Below, piece after piece: positions 21,511-33,900 of a stretch of 64,000 nt of DNA. Each line of letters starts with the position of its first letter. Position 1 is the first letter of the stretch. Source of the stretch: an uncultured Phycisphaerales bacterium (GTDB lineage Bacteria; Planctomycetota; Phycisphaerae; Sedimentisphaerales; Anaerobacaceae). The stretch lies in NCBI GenBank assembly GCA_963772725.1, contig CAVYYI010000001.1, positions 960,001 to 1,024,000 on the forward strand, given 5' to 3'. The notes under the pieces were generated by a model. It did not search any database. It was not told the DNA's origin and worked only from the letters and a program-made list of their open reading frames with translations. The translations under genes were made by a program, and so were the position numbers.

Positions 21511-22287
21511 CTAAGATAAAATTGGCGTTACAATAAAATACAGCACAAGTATAAATATAGCGGCAACAAAAGCAAAGATGTAATCCGCTGGGTAAATTTT
21601 GAGTCTTGAGAGGGTACGCCATTTCCCGTTAAAACCGCGTCCCTCCATTGCGATATTTATCTTCTCGGCGGTATCAATGCTACGTATGAGCAATGAGCCG
21701 AGCATAGATGAGGCTATTTTTAGTTCGGTTTTAAATCCGAGATTTCGTAATTTTCGAGCGTGCCTGGCACGGAGGATATGATGAGCGCTATCGATAAGAA
21801 CGAAGATGTATCTGTACAGAAAGCCCAGTTGAACAGTCAGCAGTTTCGGCATGCCGAGTTTTTGCAGTCCGGCCAGCAAATCGCTGAATTTTGTCGTAGA
21901 TACCAGAGCTATCAGGGCAAGCATAGTAACAGTGAATTTTCCGAGAATGGCAAAACAACGGAGCCAACCCCTTGAAATATCCCACACGAAAGGCCCGAAC
22001 GTGGCCTGAATCATTAACCTGTCGTATAATGGACAGCTTAACGCCAGGACAAAAACAAAAGGGCTAATTATTAATATGTGTCTGAAAGCGAACTTTAGGG
22101 GTATCCCCCCTATCGTGAGAATAGCAAAAGGCCCAATCGCATAACAGAACAGAATGCTGACCGAGGTAACAGGCAAAGAAATTACCATTACCGTGAAAAT
22201 AAAGACTGCTATCAGCTTGACGCGGCTATCGAGCTGATGTACGGGTGAATTCTGATATGCGAATTTATCTATGTAGGCGTGATGCAT
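21511..22287 (-). CDS. cbiQ: Co/Ni ECF transporter T component
   Basis: SPVHQLDSRVKL, YRYIFVL, AMEGRGF. Confidence 0.88.
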   Translation of the reverse strand: MHHAYIDKFAYQNSPVHQLDSRVKLIAVFIFTVMVISLPVTSVSILFCYAIGPFAILTIGGIPLKFAFRHILIISPFVFVLALSCPLYDRLMIQATFGPFVWDISRGWLRCFAILGKFTVTMLALIALVSTTKFSDLLAGLQKLGMPKLLTVQLGFLYRYIFVLIDSAHHILRARHARKLRNLGFKTELKIASSMLGSLLIRSIDTAEKINIAMEGRGFNGKWRTLSRLKIYPADYIFAFVAAIFILVLYFIVTPILS

Positions 22288-23323
22288 TTTTTATTCCCGT
22301 TATCTGTAAATTTTTTTCGGAGCATTATCGCCGCAAGCCAGATTATTAGCATAGTAATAACAGAACCTACGACTCCTGCAAAACTTGTCCAGCCTTTTGA
22401 GACTTCGAGAGCAGAATCTCCGGTTTGGCCTAAAACTGAGTTTCTGCGAGAGTAATCAGGCAGTAGCGAATATTTCGACTGGAATTTGTCAACCGAAGAA
22501 ATCGCTGGATTCTCGTTTGAGACGAACGGTTTGAAATTTGGCCGTTCAGGTCTTTCGGCGTAACTCCATTCAAGGCCGTCGGGATTATTTGAAGCAAGCA
22601 GGGAAAGCCCGGCGGCAGTAATAACTGTAAAAACAGCAAAAGTTACAAGAACGGCTTTTTTGCTCAGCCTGATTTTCCCGGCATAGAATTAACGGTGATA
22701 TCAGGCCTGACCTGCTGGATGTATCCGATGACAGCGACTGTAATTATGCCCTCAACAAAGCCCACGAGCAAATGAACACCAATCATCGTGATAAGAAAAG
22801 TATAAAAAGGCACGACCAATATGCCGGAAAGCCAGACTTCCAGCGGCACAAGAATAGCGCCGGCTTCAATGGCAATCACAGAGGCAATGACGGAGCCAAT
22901 GTATATTCTTGTAACGCTGGGGGCGCCATTGGTTATAATCTTGTATAATGAATAACCGAGATAACTGGGAACAATCGCGATATTGATGATATTGCAGCCC
23001 AGAGCGAGCAGGCCGCCGTCCTGAAAAATTAGACATTGGACAATTACAACGGACGCCATAACAATCGCGGCGAGGTGAGGGCCAATAATAATCGACAGCA
23101 ATACTGCCCCAATCATGTGTCCGCTTGTGCCTGGCATAGCGGGCAGTTGAAAGTTCATCATCTGGCCGGCAAAAACAAACGCCCCGAGAATCCCCATAAG
23201 AGCGAACTTATCCGAGGTGATAATTTGTTTGGCTTTTCTGCAGATGAGAGATACGCCGCCTGCGGCTATCGCGATTGTGCCGATTGACACGGGAATTGAA
23301 AGCAGTTCATTTGCCATATGCAT
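22269..23323 (-). CDS. cbiM: Co/Ni ECF S component CbiM/NikM fused to a PDGLE domain (frameshifted)
   Basis: MHM N-terminus, GTSGH, QCLIFQDGG; PDGLEWSY and a TM tail encoded downstream in another frame. Confidence 0.8.
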
Positions 23324-23489
23324 AATAGTTTGTTCTCTTCCTTAGAGCCTATACGAATAATCCAATCTATGCGCATAAAAATAATTTATTTTTGCTACCA
23401 AGTCAACAAGAAAATGTTTGACAAAAACGATAATATTTTTTACACAGGCTAAATAATATCGAATATTTAATAATGCAAGGAGACGTCCA

Positions 23490-23816
23490 GTGCCAGAAAA
23501 AGTTATTATAGTTGAGCTGAATAATCAGCCTGAATATCAAAGACTCCTGCCTGGCGTGCCAGAAACGCTTGGTATGCGTGCGGGTCGCGTATATCTCAAA
23601 CCCGGTGAGGCCTGTGGGGTGCATTCAACAAAAGCCCAGGAGGAAATGCTTATTTTTCTTTCAGGAAACGGCGAGGCACTCATCGGTGAAAAAGAACAGG
23701 TTCTTAAAGTAGGTCAGGGGAAAATCGCCTATATTCCGCCGCAGACGCTTCACAACATTAAGAACACCGGCCAAAAACCTCTTACCTATATTTATTGCGT
23801 AAGACCGGTAGAATAG
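23490..23816 (+). CDS. Cupin domain protein
   Basis: HST..QEE..GxG and IPPQTLH cupin motifs. Confidence 0.85.
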   Translation: MPEKVIIVELNNQPEYQRLLPGVPETLGMRAGRVYLKPGEACGVHSTKAQEEMLIFLSGNGEALIGEKEQVLKVGQGKIAYIPPQTLHNIKNTGQKPLTYIYCVRPVE

Positions 23817-23908
23817 AATTTTTGAAGATAGGGCAAGATTGGGCTTGACTTTGACACAATTTTGCTTAATCTTAATATTTTCTTGCTATTAAGCACGGAG
23901 GCAAGCAA

Positions 23909-25220
23909 TTGAAAAATATTAAGTTATCAGGAAAATTTGTATTTGAGCCGCCAAAGACCAATCCGGTCGGAAGCTCGCTCTATAATGAACACCTCAAACT
24001 TGTCGAAAAATCCCGATTAGCTGATTTCGCGGGCTATCTGATGCCATTATGGTATTCATCCATCAGCGAGGAACATCAGGCGGTTCGCCAAAAGACCGGA
24101 CTTTTTGACTGTACTCACATGGGCGTTCTGGAAATCGCTGGGGCAGATGCCGCCAATTTTCTAAACCTTATCGCGACAAATGACGTAAACCTGCTAAAAG
24201 ATGGAATGGCCCAGTATTCATATATTCTCGACGCCGATGGAAACGTGCTGGACGACATAATAATATATCGCCGAAGCGAAAAGAAATTTATGGTGGTGGT
24301 CAACGCGGCGAATGAACCTAAGATTAAAGCATATCTAAACGCTTTGCAGGCAGGACTTGTCTTACTGGATATCGCCAATCCCGCACAAAGCCTGAAATAC
24401 AAGCCCGCACAAAGCCTGAAATACAAGCCCGCAATGCGCGATATGAGAGATACAGCCTCCGGCGACGACTGCAGAGTTGATATCGCTTTGCAGGGGCCGG
24501 TGTCAACAGAAGTATTGTCGGCGCTGGTCAAAGATAATAATACCAAAAAGCAGATTGAAAATCTGAAGTCTTTTCATTTTATTGAAGCGGATATTGCCGG
24601 GGTCAACTGCATTATCAGCAGGACTGGCTATACGGGAGCGGTAACCAGTTATGAGTTATTCGTTCATCCTGCAAAAGCGACTACACTTTGGAATATACTT
24701 CTTGAAAAAGGCAAAGCTTTAGGCTTAATCCCCTGCGGACTCGGCGCACAGAGACAGTCTCCGAGTTGAGGCGGGCCTGCCGCTTTATGGTCACGAACTG
24801 GATGGCGAATTTAACATAACTCCCTTTGAGGCAGGTTACGGCTGGGCGGTTAAACTGGAGAAAGAATTCTTCATAGGTAAAGCCGCTATGGAGAAAAACG
24901 CGGCATCTTATGATATGCACGTTGTCAGGATTGAGCTGCCGGGCGAAAAAGGTGTAAGGCCTGTGCGGCAAAAAGACGCTGTGCTGAAAAATGATACATG
25001 TATCGGCTGGATTTTGAGCTGCGCCAAAGCAGGCGAAAAACAATATGCCCTTGCTTATGTCGCTAAAGATGCCATAAATGAAGGTAATGGCGCGGGGATA
25101 TATTACCTTGCCAGAAGTGAAAGCCAGATTAAACAGGGCAAAAAGCAATCTGTTGAAAAAGGGGAACAAGTACCGGCTGATATTAAGGGTAAAGTTGTAA
25201 CGCGATTTGCGAAATTTTAA
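23909..25220 (+). CDS. gcvT: Glycine cleavage T protein, frameshift near 24750
   Basis: [39 protein letters not shown] in the shifted frame. Confidence 0.9.
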
Positions 25221-25232
25221 GAGGATATAATT

Positions 25233-25613
25233 ATGGTAGCGAAAGAATTACTTTACACTAAAGAGCACGAATGGGTAAAAATCGACGGCAGCACCGCGAC
25301 GGTAGGCATAACTGACTATGCGCAGGAAATGCTGGGCGAAATCGTTTTTGCGGAACTGCCAGCTGTGGGTAAAGAGATAAATCAGAAAGGCGAACTTGGA
25401 GTAGTTGAAAGCTCAAAGTCCGCAAGCGATGTTTATTCGCCGGTTACAGGCAAAGTAATGGAGGTGAACTCGGAATTGCAGAGCAAGCCTGAAATAATAA
25501 ACGATGACTGCTACGGAAAGGGGTGGATGTGCAAACTGCAAATCACGGATAAAGCATCCATAAAAAATCTGATGGATGCGGCTCAGTACGAAGAATACCT
25601 GAAAGGACTTTAA
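25233..25613 (+). CDS. gcvH: Glycine cleavage H protein
   Basis: YTKEHEW, GITDYAQ, VESSKSAS lipoyl-Lys. Confidence 0.96.
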   Translation: MVAKELLYTKEHEWVKIDGSTATVGITDYAQEMLGEIVFAELPAVGKEINQKGELGVVESSKSASDVYSPVTGKVMEVNSELQSKPEIINDDCYGKGWMCKLQITDKASIKNLMDAAQYEEYLKGL

Positions 25614-25615
25614 AA

Positions 25616-26945
25616 ATGCCTTTTATATCAAACACGCCTGAGCAACAAAAACAGATGCTTTCTGAAATTGGTCTGACGATGGATGGCCTTTTTGCTGATA
25701 TTCCTGCCGAACTGAAAAAGACATCTTTCAATCTGCCTAAAGGCTTGACCGAACAGCAGGTGCGAAATGTTCTGGCGGAACTTGCCGATAAGAATTCCAT
25801 AAACCTTACGTGCTTTCTCGGAGGCGGTTTTTACGACCATTTCATTCCGGCGGCGGTGTATTCAATTATCTCACGCAGCGAATTTTACACGGCTTATACA
25901 CCCTATCAACCGGAACTTTCACAGGGAACATTGCAGGCTATTTATGAATATCAGTCAGCAATTTGCCGACTGACTGGATTGCAAGCATCGAACGCATCCC
26001 TTTACGATGGCGGGACGGCGATATATGAAGCAATAATGATGGCGATGCGAATCACGGGCAGAAACAAGGTAATTATTGACGACAGCGTTAATCCAATTTA
26101 TCGCGTGATGGTAAATTCTTATACGCGAAATCTCAGAATCGACCTTGAAGAAACCCACAGTACGGACGGACTGGCAAACCGGGAGGAAATACTCGCGAAA
26201 ATAGACAGCGGCACCGCTGGGGTAATTCTGCAGAATCCGAACTTTTTCGGCTGTATCGACGATTTCTCTGATATCGCAAAAGCCGCCCATGAAAAAGGGG
26301 CATTATTGATTGTCTCGTGTTATCCGATATCGCTTGGAATACTTAAACCGCCTGGCGAAATGGGTGCGGATATCGTAATCGGCGAAGGGCAAAGCCTCGG
26401 TATGCCGATGTCGTTCGGCGGCCCGTATCTTGGCTTTATGGCGGCAAAAATGGAATATGTGCGGAAAATGCCCGGCAGAATCGTCGGCAAAACAAAAGAT
26501 AAATCCGACAGGGATGCCTATGTCCTCACACTCCAGGCACGCGAGCAGCATATAAGGAGAGATAAAGCCACTTCGAATATCTGCTCAAATGAGGCCTTGT
26601 GCGCTTTGACCGCACTTGTCTATTTGTCGCTGATGGGTAAAGAAGGCTTGCAGGAGACCGCACAGCTATGTGCCGACAAGGCGAGTTATGCATATCAGAG
26701 ACTGACGGCCATTCCGAATGTAAAACCGCATTTCAAAGCCAAATGGTTTTTCAATGAGTTTGTTCTGGACCTGCCCTGCGAGGCGGCAGATGTAATCGCC
26801 AAACTGATTGAAAGAGGTTTCGCCGCAGGATTCCCGCTGAGCAGGTATTATAAGGCAATGGAAAATTCGATATTGATTTGCGTTACCGAAAAAGAGCAAG
26901 CAGCAGATAGGAATGCTCGCTGAGGCTCTGGAGAGCGTTTTATGA
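25616..26945 (+). CDS. gcvPA: Glycine dehydrogenase subunit 1, frameshift near the 3' end
   Basis: YTPYQPELSQG, QAREQHIRRDKATSNIC. Confidence 0.93.
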
Positions 26946-28389
26946 AATTGATTTTTGAAAAGAGCGTAAAAGGCCGCAAGGCTGTCGATATAAGCCCGAG
27001 CGATGTGCCCAACTCGATAAATATCCGCAACGACCTGCTCAGGCAAAAACCTGCGGATTTGCCGGAATTAAGTGAACTCGATGTTGTCAGGCATTTCACA
27101 GAGCTTTCACGTAGAAATTTCGGAGTCGATACGAACTTCTATCCGCTTGGCTCCTGCACAATGAAATATAATCCGAAGGTCTCCGAGCGTATAGCATCGT
27201 ATCCCGGTTTTACGCATCTCCATCCGCTTCTGCCGCAACTGCGAATGGGCGGAATGCTCACGCAAGGCGCCTGCAGGTCCTTTACGACACGGATATGATG
27301 CTTCGCGAAATAACCGGGATGGCTGGTTTTACAATGCAGCCTATGGCAGGAGCTCACGGTGAGCTTACAGGCCTGATGATTATGGCCGCTTACCACCGCG
27401 ACAAAGGCAATAAAAAAACGACCGTCCTCATACCGGACAATGCTCACGGAACAAATCCGGCGAGCGCCGCGATAGCGGGGTATAAAACCGTTACAATACC
27501 CAGCGATAAAAACGGTATTATGGATGTCAACTCGCTTGCCGCCGCGGTCAATGACAGCGTTGCCGGCATAATGCTCACCTGCCCCAATACACTTGGGTTG
27601 TTCGAGAAGAACATAAAAAAAATCTGCGATATTATTCACAGTGTCGATGGCCTTGCATATTACGATGGCGCGAATCTCAATGCTATTATCGGTAAAGCCC
27701 GCCCCGGCGACTTCGGCTTTGATATCGTCCATCTCAATCTGCATAAAACTTTCGCGACTCCGCACGGAGGCGGCGGACCGGGAGCCGGCCCTGTTGGTGT
27801 TGAAAAACAGCTGCTCGAATATCTGCCTATCGCCATCGTCATTAAAAGAAATGATGGCACCTATGCGCTCGAATATGACAGACCAAAATCTATCGGCTAT
27901 ATAGCTCCTTTTTATGGAAATTTCGCCGTCATTCTTCGCGCCTATGTTTATATGCTGATGGTTGGCGGCGACGGTCTTTCGCGAATCGCCGAAAACGCCG
28001 TGCTTAATGCCAATTACGTTAAGGAAAAGTTGAAGCTTTTTTACGATATAGCCTTTGATACAATCTGTAAACACGAGTGCGTCTTCAGCGCGTCAAAACA
28101 ACTCGAAAAAAATGGCGTCCACGCCATAGATATAGCCAAAGCCCTCATTGACCGCGGCTACCACCCCCCTACCGTCTATTTTCCAAACATAGTCAAAGAA
28201 GCGATAATGGTTGAACCCACCGAAACCGAGAGCAAAGAGACTCTCGACGGCTTTATTGACGCGATGATAGACATCGCCCGTATGACAGATGCTGCCCCGG
28301 AAAAAGTCAAGGCCTCGCCGACAACCACGCCCGTATGCCGGCCGGATGAGACGCTCGCGGTTAAAAATCTTAATATCGCCTGTTTATAA
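26942..28389 (+). CDS. gcvPB: Glycine dehydrogenase subunit 2, frameshift near 27275
   Basis: PLGSCTMKYNP, HLNLHKTF, PHGGGGPG, EPTETE. Confidence 0.93.
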
Positions 28390-28398
28390 GTCTTTAGA

Positions 28399-28713
28399 CT
28401 TATCAAGCCTGACATGAGACATATCACACCTGCTAAGCCTCATTTCATATTTGCTCCGTCATATTTCACACTTGAAAAATGGTTTTTCAGGCTTGCTCCG
28501 TGACATTTCATGCTTGATATTCCATATTTCATGCTTGCTCCGTGATATATCAAGCTTGCTCTTTGATTTTTCACACTTGATATGTGACATTTCATGCTTA
28601 CTCCGTCACATTTCACACTTGAAATGCGATGTTTCATGTGTGATATTTCAAATTTCATGCTTGATATTTGACATATCACACTTGATATGCGACGTTTCAC
28701 TTTCGACATATCG
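28399..28713. repeat. 21-bp periodic array B (15 degenerate units)
   Basis: Units such as catttcatgcttgctccgtga and catatcacacttgatatgcga in exact 21-bp phase. Confidence 0.9.
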
Positions 28714-28733
28714 GACGATAAGCGGGAAAAACA

Positions 28734-29145
28734 GCGTTTTCAGTGTTAAAAAGGCGGTTGCCTTTTCCGTCGTGCGTCGTTCGTGAAGCGTGAAGCGTCA
28801 AATGGCGCAATACGCAATACTCATGACGCAATACGCAATACGCACAACGCAATACACACAACGCACGACGAACTAAAGGCCGATAAATTTTGACTAACGA
28901 CCAGCGACTAACTACTAACGACTTTCTTTAATCGCTGATTTCGCTGATACCGCTGATTTTTTTGGTTTTATTCTGATTTCTGGGTTCTGTATTCTGAGTT
29001 CTGTTTTTTAGCCACTGTTTTTGCCTGTCTTTGGCGTTCTTGACAAACCCTGCTTATTTAAGCGAGCTTAAACGCAGGATTCGTCTTCGTCCGCCGTGCG
29101 GTATAAAGACAAGCCGCACTTTTTAAAGTCATGCAAAAAACACAG
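28734..29145 (-). repeat. 412-bp non-coding element, copy 1 (inverted copy at 59247-59658)
   Basis: Manual alignment: 6 substitutions, no gaps. Confidence 0.95.
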
Positions 29146-29216
29146 GAAATTTCGTCTTGCGTCGTGAGTCCTGCGTCTTGAGTCTTTTTTATACGCTGCA
29201 CGCTGAACGCTAAGTG

Positions 29217-30242
29217 CTATTTTTTATGAAAAAAGCCGATGCAGGCGATTTCGATATGTCGGCCGTCTTTGAGGTTAAGTATTACCGTATCCCTGAAACT
29301 GTTCCCTGTCTTAGCGGGTGGGTTTACCGTTGCGTTAAACCGATAACATTTATTTGATTTTTGCGGTTCGCTAATTTTGACAAAGCCGTTAAGGGATTTG
29401 GCTGAATCTATTTCAAAAGACTCATCGTAGTTGCCCGATACCTCGAATGTACGCTCTATCGATTTACCGGGTGTTACGTTTACTAACGTCAGCGATGCGG
29501 GAGTAACCTTAAATTCAGGCAGCGCCTCATAAAGAATAGTTATTTTTTCGCAGTCGGGATGGGTCAGCATAATGGTTATTTCACCGCTTAGGTTCTTTCT
29601 GAGCAGCTCCGTATCGACAACAGGCTTAAGTATAAACTGTGTCTCCTTTTTTGAGGAATCAGTACCTGAAAGAATGGCACCGCCGGTCGATGTGAAACTT
29701 TGGACGGTAAAGGGACGTTCATCAGAGCTAACCAGAATAATATCAGGACAGCCCGCGTTCTTTTCATTTAATGACAGGCGGATATGCCGAGGCTCATAAT
29801 AGACTTTATCCTCAACAACAGCCTTAATAGTCAGCGTAACTTTGGGATTGCCTGCGTCGTTGGTCGTTACGGATAAAGGTTCACTGATTGCCCCGAGCCG
29901 CTGGCCTGAGTTATATGGAATCTCAAGCGTTCCGCTTTGACCTGCCGTATAAGACTGCTGAAAAACAATATGTCTGCCGCAGCCCCGCCCTTTTGTTACG
30001 GTTATATTGAGAATATCATTTCCGGTATTTTTAAATCTAAATGCGCAGCTATGCATTGTCCGCGGCCCGATATTGCCGAGATTGCAATCCGTCGATTCAA
30101 ATTGAATCTTCGCTCCGCTGTTCAATACTTCTGTATTCTGTGTTCCGAGTTCTGTTTTCTGTATTTGCGAAACTTCTGTCTCTTTGTGGCAACCGGTAAT
30201 AAATAACCCTAATATTGCCATGCAAATAATGCTATCTCTCAT
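29217..30242 (-). CDS. DUF1573/Ig-like repeat lipoprotein
   Basis: ITGC lipobox; FRFKNTGNDILNI and VTTND DUF1573-like motifs. Confidence 0.75.
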   Translation of the reverse strand: MRDSIICMAILGLFITGCHKETEVSQIQKTELGTQNTEVLNSGAKIQFESTDCNLGNIGPRTMHSCAFRFKNTGNDILNITVTKGRGCGRHIVFQQSYTAGQSGTLEIPYNSGQRLGAISEPLSVTTNDAGNPKVTLTIKAVVEDKVYYEPRHIRLSLNEKNAGCPDIILVSSDERPFTVQSFTSTGGAILSGTDSSKKETQFILKPVVDTELLRKNLSGEITIMLTHPDCEKITILYEALPEFKVTPASLTLVNVTPGKSIERTFEVSGNYDESFEIDSAKSLNGFVKISEPQKSNKCYRFNATVNPPAKTGNSFRDTVILNLKDGRHIEIACIGFFHKK

Positions 30243-30302
30243 ATGCCAATCCCTTCATTTTTCAATTTATTGGGAGTGCTACAATAATATTTATTGCCTT
30301 CT

Positions 30303-30947
30303 CTATTTTGTTTTGGTTTTATTTTTATCATAGTATTTATATATTTTATTGTATAATAGATATATGAATATAAGTAATGCAAACATTAATATGCTTGAAA
30401 ATGGTTCAAAAGTTGGAAATGAAATAATAATAAAAAACGAAATCACCCCCCATAACAAAGCGGCTACAAATCCAAAATATTGTTTAAGCATTATTTTGTT
30501 ATAGCAAATAGAAGAATCAACAAGCCCTAGCCGCCTAATTAAAAATTTAGAAAAATATGCGTAAAAATATCCGGCTATAATTACAGTTATCAGCAACACT
30601 AACATCATCCACGCATCATATTGGATATCAGAAAAAGTTAGTTTAATTTTTAAAAGCGGGGCTAATATCAATGAACATAACATTAATGTTATAATGAAGC
30701 TTATGCGATTAATAATAATTGCAGAGATATTCACCCAAGCTTTAATTGAAAGATAAATACCATATGCGCCTATAAATGTAATAAGTAAAATGCTTAGAAT
30801 TATAATTGGGTTAAAATGCTTTTTATTACATATAACTTCCCAAAATAATTTTATTGTTAAGAAAATTAAAAATATACCTATAAACAAAGATAATAGTGAA
30901 AGCGTCCTTTGTATAACTAGTTTATTCCTAATATCAATAAATTTCAT
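30303..30947 (-). CDS. AT-rich polytopic membrane protein, putative Rhs immunity protein
   Basis: About 6 TM helices; markedly lower GC; starts 19 bp after the Rhs stop. Confidence 0.6.
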   Translation of the reverse strand: MKFIDIRNKLVIQRTLSLLSLFIGIFLIFLTIKLFWEVICNKKHFNPIIILSILLITFIGAYGIYLSIKAWVNISAIIINRISFIITLMLCSLILAPLLKIKLTFSDIQYDAWMMLVLLITVIIAGYFYAYFSKFLIRRLGLVDSSICYNKIMLKQYFGFVAALLWGVISFFIIISFPTFEPFSSILMFALLIFIYLLYNKIYKYYDKNKTKTK

Positions 30948-30965
30948 ATTTCTTACCTTTAAGGT

Positions 30966-33900
30966 TTACGGCCCACAAGCTTCGGTACACCATCCTGCAA
31001 GTATAGCCTTACCTGATACCCAGCCGGTATAAGCACTTAGACACCCGGCAGCCCATATGCTAGATCCCGGAGTAATAGCTGTCAGACATGCAACATCCGC
31101 CGGAAATGGTAGGCATAGGCAATCATTTTTAGCTTTTGTTATTACACCTAAGCATGATGTTAAATATTCTTTTGCTTTCTTAAGGTCTTCTTTGAACCCT
31201 TTTAAACAATCGTCCACGCAATCCTTATATCCACACGTTCCATATGGATCTATGAAATTTATGGGATTATTCTCACAATAGAGGTATAAATTCAACCCGC
31301 CTTTATATCCAATCGAATCCGGGCTTAGGAAGCGGCCGATTGCCGGCGAATAGTATCTTGCGCGGTAGTAATAATTTTCAGTCTCAGCGTCATATTCCCT
31401 ACCGGTGAACATAAACGGATTGCCAAGACCGCTGGCTGTATTTGGCGTGCCGAAAACAGTATAATTGTACTGCTCGGCCACGTCTCCATCTGATTCCGTC
31501 AGTGCAACGACTGAACCCAGACCATCAAAGTGGTAAAAATATTTTGTTTCACTCTGACCGCTTACGGAAATCATGCAAATCGGTTGGTCGATAACATCGC
31601 CATAAACATATTTTCTAAGCAAAGTTCCGCCGCTGCTGTATTCAGCAATCAGATTATCCCCGTCATAAACGTATTTCGTTGTTACAGTTCCGCCGGAATA
31701 TGTCGTTTTGGAAATTCTCCTTCCCTGATAATCATAAGCATAGCTTGCCACAGGGTCATCATCAATTTCATTAACATCCGTAAGCCTGTTTTCGCAGTCA
31801 TAATAATATTTGTATGCACCATCATTAATCAGGTTGCCGTTATCGTCATAGCTGTAAGAAGTTGCTCCGACAGTTCTGTACTGATGCAGGTTATTATGCG
31901 TATAAGTAGTCGTTGAGCCGTTGGCCTTGACGCCTTTACGATTGCCGACTTTGCCATAGAAGAAGTTTGTATCATAGATGCTCCACGCCGCCGGATAATC
32001 CACAAACGAAAGCTGATACAGCTTATCGTAAGAGTATTGGGATTCGTTATTGTCGATTATCATATTCTTTCGATTCCCGACATTATCATAATCGGTGTAT
32101 CCAATCACCTGAGACTGCGCACTATTGAACTTGTTCCTCAACTGCGTCAGGCGATTACCAATGTCGTAAGTATATACGGTGTTGGCGTCGTTGGCAAGAG
32201 TTAAAACTTTTCTTCTCGAAAGCTGGTCATATTGATATTCCGCAAGAGTAGAACCATTATATTTAACCCTGCCCAGCCTGCCGAGCGAATCATATTCATA
32301 AGTTACATAACTGTCGTCAGGATAATCCAGCCTTGTGCGCAGGCCTCTTGAATTATACTGATATTCCACAAGACGGCTGTCAACATCCTCTACATCGGTC
32401 AAACGCCCGATTCTGTCATAGGTATAAGTAATCGTGTCCGAATCCTGCGTTTCCTCTTTTACCCTGCCTGCGATATCGTATTCATACGTAATTGCCGATT
32501 CGCCCGGCCTTGTCTTTTCCGTCATCCAGCCAAGGGCATTATATTCATAGTAAATAGTATCTCCCGCGCTGGTGGTCTTGCTTGTGATATTGCCGTTTTT
32601 GTCGTAGCCGAAAACTTCTGTCGTATCATCGGGATAGGTAATTGTAGTTAACCTGTCAAAGCTGTTGTAAGAATATTGCGTAACACTGCCGTTTGCGTCC
32701 TCGATTTCGGCTAATCTGCCGTTGACGTTATAGCGATACAGTGTTTCCCCGCCATTGGCGTCAGTTATCTTTGTTATGAGTCTTCGCTCATTATATTCGT
32801 ACTTTGTCTTATTTGTTTCGGCATCGGTTAGGCTGTTAATGTCCTTATTGTAATTGTAGCCGTAAAGTGTAACGTGAGTAAGAGGGTCGATAGTCTTTAA
32901 GAGTGTTTTATACCTGTCGTAATTGAATGTTGTTACCTGGTTGGGGCCGGTTATCTCCCGCTCAATTTTTGAGCGGTTGCCGTTCTTGTCATAACTGAAC
33001 TGTGTTACATAACTATAAGGCGAAGGGGTTGTCATCTTTTCCATCTGGTCAAGATTATTGTACTGGAGCTTTGTTGTATCACCGTTGGGGTCGATTATCG
33101 CTCTTACTCTGCCGAGGCTATCGTACTTATATTCTGTAACGATATTCAGGCCGCTTGCGGTGTTAGAATCGTGTGTTACCTTCCAGAGATGGCCATAATT
33201 GGGGTCGCCTGAGGTGGTGTAATAATCGTATTTTGTTTTAATTCCATCGGGGCTGTTGACCTCAGTTACGCGGCTATAAGTATCGTATTTGAAATACACA
33301 ACGGGAGTTTGGTCGCCGTCAATTGTCGTAACCTCCGGATAGGTAATATTCTCAAGGCTGCCATCGCTGCTTTTATAATTATACGTGGTAACATTGCCCA
33401 TCGGGTCAGTCTCTGTCTTTATTTTCTTTGTCCATACCGTATCATAAGTGTACGTTGTCGCAAGAACGTCAGGGTCGCTGGAACTGTTGGGCTGGGAAGT
33501 ATCGATTTTGACATATTTGCCCGTAAGCCTGCCGGAACTGTCGTAGGTAAAATCTGTGCAGTTGCTAGCAGGGTAGAGTATCCGCGTACGCCTCCCATTG
33601 GAATCATAAGAATATGTAGTAGTGAAATGATTGGGGTCATTGTTTGGATTTGCAGTATAGACCGTTCGGCTTATAAGCTGGCCGCTGGTATTGTAAGCCT
33701 GCTTGATTTTATTGCCCTCGCGGTCAATTGTTGTCATAATGCCGTTTGTCACATCATTGGTAAGGGTATAATTGACGTCCTCGATATCCTGCCGATAGAC
33801 CGTATCGCTGACGGTATTATAATAATTCTTTACTACTTCGTCCTCGTTCGGGTCGGTGATAGTATCAAGATTGTGATAACTGTCATAAGTGTAAGTGGTT

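Noticed and set aside
23370..23400. NikR-like operator or cobalamin riboswitch upstream of cbiM
   Set aside because: Only an AT-rich imperfect palindrome with one plausible half-site; no B12-box seen.
28440..28786. Heptad-repeat ORFs over arrays A (3729..4067) and B (28440..28709, 28451..28786)
   Set aside because: The equivalent frames in homologous array C contain repeated stops, and part of C has a 20-bp period; these ORFs are likely by-products of periodicity.
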